Assembly: GCA_964016885.1 (NCBI GenBank) | Contig: OZ024746.1 | Coordinates: 10,912,001 to 10,976,000 of the forward strand | Origin: Eledone cirrhosa | Taxonomy: Eukaryota | DNA: 64,000 nt | Reading direction: 5' to 3' | Shown: piece after piece, positions 39,236-52,669 of the stretch | How the letters are laid out: each line of letters opens with the position of its first letter | How positions within the stretch are numbered: the first letter of the stretch is position 1 | The notes under the pieces: model-generated | Database searches by the model: none | Seen by the model: the letters and a program-made list of their open reading frames with translations, nothing else | Told to the model about the DNA's origin: nothing | Program-made: the position numbers and the translations under genes

Positions 39236-41235
39236 AATATTTCTCAAGTTGGAACTCTAATCTCCATGTTTGTTGTCATAACATTGTAGAGCAGCACGCA
39301 TTGAGAATAAGTAAACAGAAATCTAAAGCAATAATATGTGGACGTAACAAGTTTCTCATTGGTTATTCATAGATATTCTGTCTTTATTGTTATTACTATA
39401 TTTTTGTCAGTTTCATATACATGGTTTTAAATATTTAATAGTCAGAGGAAAAAGAAAGTACTGTTAAAGATATTTTTTTAGAGCCTGGCTGTTTATGAGT
39501 TTGAGGGTTTCTGTCAACGAGCTCATCTGAGTAATTGCAATAGAACAAATATAATTGAAAACCTTGCGTTCTTTAGTGGTTTCTATTGTTTTTAATCTAC
39601 GAAATGGAAACATGAACGACAAAATGTCATTCATCGAACAGAACGAGTGCTTTGTTATTGAACTTTGATGGACAGAAAGCATAAATTGATAAGCGTACTG
39701 TGAGTGTTCTAAAATATGAGAAATATTTATGTAACAGGTTTGTCGTAAAATAGATTCGACATGTCTTATTCTCACTCATGCTCGTACATGAGTGTGTATA
39801 CACATATACACACATACTCAGAAGTACACACACATGTACACACTCTTTTTTAGTTATCGGATCTATATTGCAGGTGTTAAATATCAATACCATGTAGTTC
39901 ACATTTAAATTCCACTTGTTATCTCAGTTCTGTTCCAGCAAACATTTCAAAGCTGCTTCAGCCGCGGCTTTCTTGGCTTCCGTTTCAGATATATTCTATT
40001 TAGGACTACATTATTAAATATGTCCGTTCTTTTTAAGACGGTAATGTTTGATTTCAGAGCTATTCGGTATTTCTCGTACATTGGGTGACTACCTGTTGTA
40101 TGGATCGGGAAACAGGGGGAGATTACCCTAAATTAAGTAAAATTTAGAATTTCGGGAGGTAATGGAGAACACTTTCATTGCTTGACATATTGCATTGATA
40201 TATTGGCGTATAGGGCCATTAATTCCTGATAGAGTCGTAGAATCGTAGTTTGGGCACTCTCCAGGTACCAGATCTCATTCACGATCCAAAACTTAGATAA
40301 TTCCCAGTGCGGTGTAAGACACGGATGAACTAAAGATAATGTTGCCAATTAGATTTCGAATCTTTTAAAGTAAAAATATTCAAATCATTTGTTTTATGAT
40401 TTCAATACATTAAACTTCTTTTCATATAAATTATATCCATAAACATATTTTTCATGTTTTATATTAATAATAATCTTAAATACATATCATCCAATGATAC
40501 TCTTCTGTCTTCTCAAAACCATAAATGGTTACTTTGATTATTTAGTTTATGCATAAATAATAGATTGTTTAAATTTATTGTAATATTTATCATTGAATTA
40601 TCTTTTTAAATTATAGATTTAATTAAATCTATACAACTCTTAATAATTAGAATTTTAAATAATCAGATATATTGAATATATTTAATCTTAAATAATATAT
40701 TCTTTAAATCATTTATTTAATCAAGCGAGAAAACAGCATAAATATATGCGTCATACAAACGTTTACTGACTATCTCATGGCAATGTTTTTATTTCTTTGA
40801 AAGAAGAGTTACTCATTTGGAAAATCAGTTTTGTAATTAAAGGTGGATGTTTATTCTATGATACTAAATATTTTTAAAAGAAACCTTCTTATTCTCCACA
40901 CGAGGTAAAGGAGATTTTTTAACAATGTTTGAAAATAATAGAATAAGCGCTTTAAAAATTGTTAACAAGCACAACTCTCTTTCATAAAGCAGGAACAAAT
41001 CCCAAATACTTAATGTTAAGGAGGATGGAAACCTAATAAATGGAAATTCATCAGATTTCTTTACACCCTTGCCTTTCCCTTCGCTTCTCAGTTTATTATT
41101 TCTCTTATTATATTTTCTTATTTTACTATTTTTCTATTCTTTCTTCTCAATCTATTTTGTTCTTTTTCTATTAAATTATTTGTTTATTTATATTCAAAGA
41201 ATAAAATACGTTTACATTTTCATTGATGTAATAAA

Positions 41236-41560
41236 TTATAAATATATAGGTGTTTTGTAATAAATATATAGGTGTTTAGTAATAAATATATAGGTGTTTA
41301 GTAATAAATATATAGTGTTTAGTAATAAATATATAGGTGTTTAGTAATAAATATATAGGTGTTTAGTAATAAATATATAGGTGTTTTGTAATAAATATAT
41401 AGGTGTTTTGTAATAAATATATAGGTGTTTAGTAATAAATATATAGGTGTTTAGTAATAAATATATAGTGTTTAGTAATAAATATATAGGTGTTTAGTAA
41501 TAAATATATAGTGTTTAGTAATAAATATATAGGTGTTTAGTAATAAATATAGTGTTTAGT
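41236..41560. repeat. 21-23-bp minisatellite TAATAAATATATAGGTGTTTAG
   Basis: About 14 tandem units. Confidence 0.95.
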
Positions 41561-41792
41561 TCAGTAAACAAAGGACTTAATCAAACATATTTTTCTGAAG
41601 AGAATTTATTATTTCTGACTGCAATGAAAACAACGTATCGAAATATGTTGAATATTCCATTTTATATATGTCTATTCTCTTATTGGTTTCAGTCATTACT
41701 CTACGGCCATGCTGTAGCATCACTATGAAGGGATTTAGGTAACTACATTGACCCCAGTACTTATTTTTTTAATTCTATTATGAACACAAAAT

Positions 41793-41873
<81 letters not shown>

Positions 41874-41927
41874 TCATATACATATATATGATTCTATGTT
41901 ATATGTACACAGACATGAACAGAAAAT

Positions 41928-41993
<66 letters not shown>

Positions 41994-42299
41994 CTATGTA
42001 TGTGTTTACGGTCTGTTTATACCAAGTAACTTAGCTTCACTTCTTAACCATATGCACACGACACCACCTATTTTCATAAATATTTCTCGTATAAATATAT
42101 CTTCTTTACACTTGCTACGAACATTATTTTACTTTATATTTATATGAATCATAACTATAAATTAAGTAATATTTTTTACTTGTTATATTTATAAATATAT
42201 GAATATATTTTAAAATATTTTTCACTAATGCTTTTGAATCTTTTTAGAATTTTATCGATTGACACTCAACTTTGAAAAGTTGAGACATCAAGTAAGTAA

Positions 42300-43750
42300 A
42301 AGATTTACAAAGAAGAGTTCTTCGGTTATGACGTTTCAGAAATAGATGTTAGATATAGCCACAATGTGTCGGTGGCTTGAATCTACTGATTTCAGAATCT
42401 TTCAGAAAGAAATAGCTGAAGAAAGACTTTTCTAAAACGCGAAATACGTTTAAGAAATGTTCAGTATTTGGGCTAATTTTGGAATGACTGGCGTGACACC
42501 CACCATCGAACGCCTATCTTTTGAGAAAATATTTCAATACTGCAATCTAAAAGTGAAAGAATCATGTGCAGCTATAAAGAAGCAATGCAACTTGGTTTGG
42601 TGCCTTTCTCTGCCAGAGTTGTAGAAGAGTGATTTTTTTTTATCTTTGGGGAAAATGATTGAGAACAAATGATTTCTGAAATCAAGAAGAGAATGTATTT
42701 TGTTTATACAACTTGATAGGATTACAAATGTCAGTAACAATTTAGAACTATATAACGTCATTATGGAGATATTGATGCAAATAAGAAAGAAACGCTGACC
42801 TATTTTCCACTCGAACTGACGTAGAATTGATGTTTTCAACAAGGTTGATGTATATTTCAAAACTGCAAACAATAATTTGAAATGAGTAAAGTGTATTAGT
42901 GTGATGATGGCGCAATAGCAATGTCAGTAGTTTGTGTAGTTGGCAAGAAGGCTGAACCTTGGAACCGCAGTTAATTACTGCACGATCTATTGCCGTATGA
43001 TGGTTGTGAAGCAGCTGGAACCTGAACTGCTAGCTTTCATAAATAATTGTTTCTACGTTTAACACAAAGCCAGCAATTACCCAGTGCATTACTGGTACTT
43101 TATTTTATCGACCCCGTAAGGATGAACGGCAAAGTTAACCTCGGCGGGATTTGAACTCAGAATGGCAAGGGCCGTAACTCTATTCGCCAAAGCATGACCC
43201 TCTACCGATACTGCCAATCCACCGCTTTCATAAATAATCCCATCAAGATTGTCAATACTGTTAAATGTCATGCACTAACATTTTCCTGTTTCCTGGTTGA
43301 TATGAGAATAGGAAAGCTAAACATTCAAGTCATTTTATACACAAGTAAGATGATGTTTTTCTCGTAAATTGTGGAATCTCACAAGAACTTCATTTGGCTG
43401 CCACATTTCTCATATTTTGTGCATCTCTATGCATTGAATAAGGAATTTCAAGGCAACGAAAATAACAATGTAATTTTAGTAAGTTAAATATTTCCAAATT
43501 TGGATTAAATAGTCTTTGTTGGAACCACAAAGTGGACCAAAACAAGTAGAATCTTTATAATATTAGAAGTTATTGTTATCGGTGACATATATCGATGAGT
43601 CAGTTACAATTTATCTTATTAAACTCAAACAGTTGTTACCTGATTACTACAGATTGTGAATCCCATTAACTGTAAAATGACTGATGTGCCTGAATAGCTT
43701 GTACAGCCAACAGGATTCAGTTTGCTTCAACAGTGAAACACTTGAAGAAT
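42300..43750 (+). mobile_element. Highly decayed hAT (Buster/ZBED5-like) transposase relic
   Basis: Fragments IQLDRITNVSNNLEL (QLDESTD-like), DVFNKVDVYFK, KCISV..DGA.AM, IKIVNTVKCHAL and LNKEFQG; interrupted by a SINE. Confidence 0.55.
43043..43226 (-). mobile_element. SINE family 1 copy with TSD
   Basis: Consensus match; GCTTTCATAAATAAT on both sides. Confidence 0.9.
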
Positions 43751-44139
43751 TTCAGAACTCTGTAGATCTCTTGTCTTTTTTTAATTTCATAATTTCAAAT
43801 ATTATAAAGGCTTTTTAAATCTGCGCATGTTAAAACCACAAAACTGCTGTTGATTCTTCAACAACACGCTTCTGCAAAAAGTGATGCTATGACATCAAAA
43901 AGTTTTAATTTTGATTTTATAGAAAAACATTATTTTCCCAAAACCTGAAGCGGAATTGTTTTGAATAAAATTCTTCAGTCTTTTAATTTTTTTATTTTTT
44001 ATCAATTTTGTTTATGGATTGTTCTATGTCAAGATATGTGTTTTTTATTATTTTGAAATATTAATGTTTGTGAAGTAGAAAATTGATCTATAATAATTCT
44101 AGCAGCTTTCTAAATTGATCTATATCAATTATATTATCA

Positions 44140-45160
44140 ATTGGATAGCTGCTGATGATATGGGTGATATACTCGATGTTATTTCTGCAGAGTCTGCACT
44201 TGTTATCACATCTAGGTGTTTTGCCTGCATCCCTATCTCTTTTGTGAATCAGGTATTTCGTGCTAATCTCCTGTTCCTGGATTGCAAAAGCGTATCCTTC
44301 AAAGTGGGAGCCAATATAGCGGTTGTTGGTCCAAGATAAACTACTTTCCTTATCTATACTACTCTCACTCTGGAGCTTCCTGGCAACATATCCATGCATG
44401 ATTTTTTGCTGATAGGCATGCAGTTTTTCATCCATGGATTCACTGCGATACTGCTGAGCGACATCCCTGGGTGTGAGTCTTTGATTATCACACAGGGAAT
44501 ATCTCTCAAGGACTTCCTTCCCAACTCTCATGACCTTATCTGTTTCATGCAGATAGACTTGCTCGAGAAACGGGCTCCTACGCTTCGAGGTTCGTAGATG
44601 TTGTCGGAGAGATATGATGCGACATTCAAATGTTGTCTGGACTGATGTTAGGCCTCTGCCTCCCTGCTTACGTTTCAAGTAAAGGCGGTCTATGTCACTG
44701 TTGATGTGGAAGTTTCCGGTGTTCAGTATTTTTCGAGTTCCAACATCAACTGCTCGGATTTCGTCTATCGTCCAATTGAGTATTCCAAACGTTGGTGTTA
44801 GGACAGGCACAGCAAACACATTGTGAGCCACTGTTTTGTTTTGCGCAGAGAGTTCCGATGACCAGATCTTTCTTAATCGGGTGTAGTATTCCCTGGTTAC
44901 GCGTTCTTTATTACAGATACCATTATGTTCTCATCTATCCCCAGGTATCTGTAGCAGTCCTCATCAGATATTTGTGAAACAGTTAGACCATTGATGACAA
45001 TGTTGCTAGATTGGGTTGTTGTTTTTCCCCGCTTTACAGTCATGTATGAGCATTTATCTTGGCCAAACTCCATTCCTATATCCTTTGAGAACGTTGTAAC
45101 TAGGTCAAGATTTTTCTTCATCCCATCCATGTTCTTGGCATAGAGTTTCAGATCGTCTGT
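44140..45160 (-). mobile_element. R4/Dong-type LINE fragment (RT C-terminal half through zinc knuckle), frameshifted
   Basis: DDLKLYAKN...FSKDIGMEFGQDKC...YRYLGIDE, then AHNVFAVPVLTPTFG...DIDRLYLKRKQGGRGL...FAIQEQEI...CRLCRNNIEYITHIISS. The 5' junction lies in (TACA)n. Confidence 0.9.
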
Positions 45161-45179
45161 CTGTATGTATGTATGTATG

Positions 45180-45750
45180 TACAACCTGTCTCATGGTCTG
45201 GTCGTTGGCGACTAAACTGGCAACCCCACCAAGGTTTCTTGGTGAGGAGGGTGACTTTGGACATCCTGCAGGACTAAAAACAAAACCTGTCAAAGGGCAA
45301 AGGAGCTCTTAAAAGTCAATGGCCATCCAAAATCATCACCGGGAGAGATGACCCCTTAGCCTTTGTCAAGGCAGAATTCTAGGAGAAGGAAAACTCTGAT
45401 ATAACACCTGCAACGCTGATGGTATCCAATGATGTTGACTTGTTTTTCTTTTTGGTAAATATCATCTTGGTTAAGAGAGTAGGACTGGCTTTGTGCAGTG
45501 CCTTTGCTCACTATAAAAGCTTCACGGCACAGGCATTGCTTTATATCTGGAGATCTCTCTGCACTTGTCATCACATGGTACCATGGGCCCAGCACTATGT
45601 GTCAATAATTGTCACAAGTGTAGTGTTTGTACCAGAGTTTTCAAGTCGCTGGTTAGACTAAAAAGTCACACTTGTTCAGCGCATCGGTAGGGGTTCTCCT
45701 ACATGGATATAAAGTAGTGGCCGTACTCGAAAACGAGTTGGCAGCCACCA
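45180..45750 (+). mobile_element. ~600-bp (TGTA)n-tailed retroposon, copy 3 (5'-truncated)
   Basis: Near-identical to 4029-4634; (TATG)n on both sides. Confidence 0.8.
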
Positions 45751-46088
45751 TGTATGTATGTATGTATGTATGTATGTGAGAGAGAGAGTGTGTGTGTGTG
45801 TGTGTGTGTGTGCGTGTGCGCGTGCGCGCGCGCGTGTGTGTGTGTGTGTAAAACTACTGGCTGCAGTGATTTTTTGAAGTATAAACAACTACTATTGGCA
45901 TTCAGACAATTTTAACACGTATTCATGTTATATATTACATATACACCACATCACTTGCATTAAGTCTCTACCATGCAGCTTAATTAACCTAATAGATCTA
46001 AACTAAGAGGAACACTGAATTAGTCTTGCATTATATTGTGACGGTTAACTTCACTGACATTCAAACGACAAATGTGCATTTCTTACAG

Positions 46089-46127
46089 TTGTACAAGAGA
46101 TCAAAGATTTGCAGCATAAGGATACAG
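46089..46127 (+). other. Candidate 39-nt symmetric internal exon of a host gene
   Basis: Acceptor ttcttacag and donor gtgagt; phase-1 reading VQEIKDLQHKDT has no stop. Confidence 0.3.
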
Positions 46128-47027
46128 GTGAGTGAATTGACTTTAGTAGAAGTAATTATTGATCTATATTGAAAGAATGGTGATGGATGTGACGCCTTTG
46201 GTTATAGAGCTGCTTGATTAACGTATAGTTACATCTATATGTATTGTATCGATGTCCATAGAGATATGAAAATAAATTTACTATAGATAAATTTAAACTT
46301 TGAATCTAATTTAATGTTGGGCTTTATTGTTTCTACCGGACTTTAAAAACAATTAAGAAAAGCATGTATTATGTATTACAATTGTCTCTGCACGTCAAAC
46401 TTGCCATTGTCTCTAGAGCAAATAAAACAACAACTGTAATTTTATGGATAAACATTCAGAAGACAAACAAACAAAAATATATATATATACAAAACACAAA
46501 AAAGACTAATAAAATGCTGATCGATTATTTCAATCAGTTTGATTCTATTTCTATTTTTCTTTCTTTATATTTCTTTCCTTTTCAAATTTAACAGTCAGAA
46601 TATGTCATTTGTCTACTGTTTTGATTTAAAACAGCGCACTGGAAGTTTTCAATGAATTTTCCATATAAAACTCTCAGTGTTTGCATTTTAAATAAAATCT
46701 ATGCAATATAAAAATAAAGAATGTTTCTGTTATTGCTTTAGATTTTGTAGTTGTTATTGTTGGTATTTTTCTTTATAAGGTCATATTTTATATTTGCTTG
46801 TTTCAAGATATTATGACTTCTATTCTTTTATCTCGAACTTACTTCATTAGCATTACTACATTCTCATATTTTCTAAATAGAAAAGGGGTGGAATAAGGAA
46901 GTAAGTTCCAAATTTATTAGTTTAAAAGCCCATGGATCTGTAAGTCATTAGTTTTCTTTCATTCCAATTACTTTGATCTAACGTTAAATACATACAAACA
47001 CAGACACACACACACACACACACACAA

Positions 47028-47095
<68 letters not shown>

Positions 47096-47096
47096 T

Positions 47097-47152
<56 letters not shown>

Positions 47153-47253
47153 TATAAATGAAGTAATTCCGTCGGAAAGGTCCAAGAAAAAAGAGTGCTC
47201 TATGTAGGTTACAGAGCTTAATAGTTATGTAATAAACAACATAAGGTAATTAT

Positions 47254-47312
47254 TTCATTTACCAGTGGTTTCTTGAAAGCAAACAAAATTTGCTTTCAAT
47301 CATCAGAATGAA
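47254..47312 (-). ncRNA. Type I hammerhead ribozyme, family B
   Basis: Reverse-complement copy of 47321-47379. Confidence 0.9.
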
Positions 47313-47320
47313 AAAATCTT

Positions 47321-47379
47321 TTCATTCTGATGATTGAAAGCAAATTTTGTTTGCTTTCAAGAAACCACTGGTAAATGAA
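47321..47379 (+). ncRNA. Type I hammerhead ribozyme, family B
   Basis: UUCAUU-CUGAUGA-UUGAAAGCAAA(UUUUG)UUUGCUUUCAA-GAAACC(ACU)GGUA-AAUGAA: all three stems are fully paired. Confidence 0.92.
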
Positions 47380-50300
47380 ATAATTACCTTATGTTGTTTA
47401 TTACATAACTATATATATATATATATATATATATACACTTTGGGAGGGTCATGTTGCCAATAAGAAACACACGCACCAGTTGCTTTCACTCTAATTTATT
47501 ATAAATTTAAAAAAAAAAAAAAATTTTTTTTTTATTTTTTCAAAAATATTTATAAATTTCCGGTTGGTTGGTTGGTTGGTTGGTTCCACAACCGGGCGGT
47601 TGTTCATATATTGTCAAAGTTCTTTCGTCACACATTCTGTTACCTCTTCAGTGACTGGGGATTCTTTTCTTTGTTTTGTGCCTCTCCTTTGTTCTGTCCT
47701 ACGCCATCTTGTTTTTGTGTGTGTTGTGTGCTTAGTTTGCGCATGTGTTACATCCGGGTGTCTGTGTGTGTTTTTATTTGTTTATTTATTTTTTTATTTA
47801 CAGGTTACTGGTTGGTTGTTTGTTCTATGTGTGCGTGTTTTCATTTTGTCCTTAATTGTAAGTTGTGATGTTGCTATTCCATTCATAGGGTTCATATTTC
47901 ATGTAAATTATTTCTGGTTTTATTCCTTTTCGATTTGATACTGGAAACCTGGAACGTAGAGCTGAAAGTAGGACAACGTTTTGTAGTGCATTTAACACCA
48001 AGTGTACAGGAGGACTTGAATTCGGCTAACGAAATGCTTGCCAACGTTTATGATTCTGTTGCTTACAGCAGCATAGTTCTCTGTAGTAGGTAGCTTATAT
48101 TTAGAAGATTTGGCCGTCTAGAGTTAAGAGTTTTTTCAAAGAACATGGAACAGACCTAGGATGCGAACACCCCATAATGTTGATAATTCTAACAAATTCA
48201 AGCAATGAGTATTACAAATTTAAACTATGAAATATCAAAACCGGTCCATGTTAACAATACCCCATGCTGCAGACTTCTGAATGATATAACTTTTTTGTTT
48301 AAAATGATATGTTCTTAGTTCGAATCCAGCCTGCTAGTAGGTACACATAGAAAAACATGACACATGATGACAATAGGAAATCAAATCGATTGAAACGTAG
48401 TGGGAATGTAAATATTTGATTTTTTTTTTGGGGGGGGGGGGGTTCATCTTCAAATGTGAAGTTCATAATTCAGAAACATATCATCATCGCCCTCCTCCTC
48501 CTCTTCCTCCTCTTCCTCCTCTTCCTCACCACCACCATCACCACCTCCTCCACCACCACTATTTAACGTTCGTGTTCCTTGCTTTAAAGTATGATTTAAA
48601 AGGTATTTGTTTCTCCAGCTCATGCAATAATGTGCCTCATAGTTTTGGCCGTTCAAAATCGAATGTTGTCGTGTATCCAGGATCGGAGTAATATATCGCC
48701 TTTCATATATTTTACTTTAATTTATAACTTATTTAAACCTGATATTTCTAAAAGATTGTTAGATATTTGCGAACGCAGAGTTAATTCTCTTTGTAAACCA
48801 TTACATTCACGCAATTACTATCTAAATCTAGCGCTGAGCATCAAGTTTCAAAGATTCTCTATATTTTAAATCATTCGCCATTGATCAGATGCGAAATTCT
48901 ATTTATAGCAGTTGCTGCTAAGAATTACACAACACGTATGATTCAATATCATATTGGCAGTGAAAATGTACAACTTGCTATGTATTACAACTATACTATG
49001 ATTATTATCATTGTAATATTTAGTACAACTACATATCTTTTACTTCACAAATTCTCTAGTATACATCTGATAAATAACTGTAGTTAATTGTTAAAACTTA
49101 TATAATTTAAAATCCTGAATTGATGCCCAGCGCTAGATTTAGATAGCTATCAACGCAATAGAAACCTTATGTACTGACGATAGCTCCTCTAGTCGATATT
49201 TCAAAGAGTTATCTAATCTCGTTGAACATCAAACGAATTCAGTTAATGAAATTGAAAAATACTTTATGTTTATCTTATCAAAGTCAGTTCCAAGTTGCTT
49301 AGAACGACAATTCCTTCTGGGATGGTTCATTTCATGTTTCAATGTTTAAGTTTTAAGCTAATCTATCCTAAATCTGAAATATTTGTTGGGTCTTCTTGAT
49401 GTTGTTGTTATTTGTTGAAAACTACCAAATCAATTCAAGATTCAATTATTCATACAACTCAGTTTCATTGTCATGGCATTATGTTTGTCTTGTTATAGTG
49501 TGCAGTGAAGGAAATTCAATGAAAGTGAGAGTTTTGAAACTATTTCCTATTATCTCAACGCGCCAAAATGCCTGAACTTATATTGGGACTTAATAACCGA
49601 GAAAGACTTCCGTCTGCTTTGTCTCATTTGACTCCTAAGAAATTGTTCATCCTATTTAAAGTTGGATTTCATTTCGTCCTACTAGAATTTCTCTTCACAT
49701 CAGATGAGTTCAATATGTTATTATTTCAGAAATGGTGGCATGTGTCGCCGACCAAATCTCGAGATGTGTGCTTAGTAAACAAAAATAAATCAATAATTTA
49801 AGAAGAAAGGGTCATTGATATGACTGAATAATCAGAATATCTAGATACATTCTTTGAACGTACCCTCTGAGCTCAGGTTTCATATAAAAGCGAGAGAAAT
49901 TCTTATCGTTCTTAATTTTAGGATCATCCAAAGAAATTACAAGCATGAATAGTAGTCAATTGATTGTATTATATCCCTTCCTTTCAAGCGTGAGACCTTG
50001 AAACATAATGAGAAATACATATTTTAAATTGAACTATGGTGGGTGCCGCAAAGTACGATGTAGACTCCCAGTGATGGTGATGTTACAATAGAGTTCCAAT
50101 TCCCCTTTAAAATCATTTTTGTTCAATGTTAGCGATATTGATATTCAGAGTCTATGAATGTCATTATTTTAAGTCTTTTTATATTTCTCCTTTCAAGTTT
50201 TACCTTAGGCAATAGAAAGACGTATTTTAAAACGAGGTATAACGAGCACTATAATAAGGATAATGATAAGGATGTGGTGAACAGAGAACACAACGCAGTT

Positions 50301-52500
50301 TCGATCCATGAATAAAACAGTTTTACATATATTCTTTCTCTAATAACATAAGGAAAATATGAAATCTAAAACTTAACATTTCATCTCATTTAAAATCACG
50401 AAGCGTTTGTGTCAAGATAACACCAATATTGGCAAAATGGGATCTATAGCGCACAAGTAATGATTCAGACCGTCCAGTAGAAACGAAATATGATTTCCAT
50501 TTGGAACTATTTGGCTGAAATACAATCCAGATCGAAAGACAAAGTCGATCTCGGTCGGATTTGAATTCGATACGCGTATTTAAGCAGCTAAGTTCATTTT
50601 GAAAATATACCGACCTAACAAATTTCAATTTCCTACCCCATCTATAAAAATATAAGGCTTCACACCTGGTATAAAAAGAGAATTACTTAATAGAAAATGG
50701 CGAGTGTCGGGGAAAGGATATATGAAAACTTATTTCAACTCCAATTTCTATTAGAAAGGTGAACAAATTAAGGAACTTATGAAATTCCAGAACTTCAACT
50801 CAATCTTAGAGTGACATTTGTTACAGATGTAATCATCTGTGCGTCTACTTTACCCTAAAATTTCCATGCAGCTGATGTCCCTGGTAATTTCCCTCAGTTA
50901 TTCATTTAATTTATAACACTATTGTTATTCATAAAACAAAATCATATACATTTCTCTAGGGAATCCTAGCAAAATAAAAAGTGTTGTTTTCATCATTAAT
51001 GGCCTTATTCCATGTTTGCTTTTCTTCGTAATTTTAGTTAAGTTACTGAAATATTAATCAAAATATTTCTCAGAAGTCCATTGGTGAATATATTACACCA
51101 GCTTAACGAATATCTAATGGTTAGAGTGACTATATATTGGCAGGTATCACAAACTTTCAATGTACGCATGATTGTGCCGCGGGGTGTGAGTTACGACAAG
51201 GAGTTTTAACTACCACTTATGCACCACCTATTTATATAAAACAAATGTGATGAACTGAGATAGCTACATGTATAAGGAAACTTCAAATTACTTCCTGGGC
51301 TGCAATATGTTGATGATAGCCATGAAGTTATGAACTATATCCTTGCTATCTTCCCGAGACAACTGGGATTTGCCTGTCCATTTCAATATCTCCACTGTCC
51401 ATATATGACATTACCAATGACTATAACATAAAGGCAATAGAAATATCATTAATCTATATTGGAATGAAGCTCTCAGACCTCTATACTTGTGATTTAAATT
51501 CTAAAACAGAATAAAATAAGTCACGACTGCATTTCGTAAAATGACGACTGGAAGAGGCAGTCTGAAAAATAGTGACTAAAAATTATCCCAATGAAGTGAA
51601 ATATATCTATCAAGGATCTGGGGATTGCTGACCATAATATCTAATGAAGGCTTTAACAGAATAGAATTGAGAGAACAACCAAGATATAAATCATATGCGA
51701 TGCAGATGCATGACTTCTTTCTACTGACGTGGCATACAGAGATCAGAACTGTAGTAACTTTGGAAGTTCCTACAATGAGATCTGCAGCCATCAAAGAGTA
51801 CAGTAACCTCTGAAAAGATGTCAACATTGGCCACAGTGAATAGCAAAGTAGCAGCAACATGTCAGCAGGAGTATATATAGCGACCTGTGTGACTTTGTGG
51901 ATTAATAACCTCAGAGATAGGAAACATAATTTGAGAAACATATACAAAGAAAGAAACACGTCTAGTTCGGAATTTATTGCCAAAACAATGATTCTTACTT
52001 CAATGAACACTGACACTATACCTAAAGAAATTGATGTAAAAACTAAATATCAAATAGATTGTTGCAACAGTCTGAAGTTTCTTACGAAACTATTTTATTC
52101 GAAAATACCCATCAACTAACATATAGTACGTTCTTTTTTCCTACTTTTCAACGTTGTACGACGAAATAGCTAGTGACAAAGAAGAGGAAAACGCTCTACG
52201 AAGTTCTGGAGATGAATCTAAAGTGAGGGCCATTTCATTTTACGTCTACGAAAATACATAAACGCCACAACTATTAGCTTTACTTTATATCACCTGAATT
52301 AAGTCCGTGGTATACACTGAATTATGTTTTTTATAAGTGTATATATACAGTAGACACAATATATATATATATATAAATATGCATTATGCATACCAATTCT
52401 AACACATATATATCCTAGAAACGATCGTTAAATAATGAACTTTTTTTGTTTAATATAAGGAATTGTTTATTCATTATTTGTTTAATATTTTATATATAAA

Positions 52501-52545
<45 letters not shown>

Positions 52546-52613
52546 CATATATATACATACATATATATGTGTGTGTGTGTATATGTATATATATACATAC
52601 ATACATATATATA

Positions 52614-52669
<56 letters not shown>

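Larger units (their letters stand above)
47158..47411. mobile_element. Family B fold-back element: ~190-bp palindrome with back-to-back hammerheads
   Basis: ~47221-47312 is inverted at 47321-47411; embedded in (TA)n. Confidence 0.9.

Noticed and set aside
51300-52120. Possible LINE (L1/Tx1) remnant or host exon
   Set aside because: No diagnostic motif could be read with confidence.
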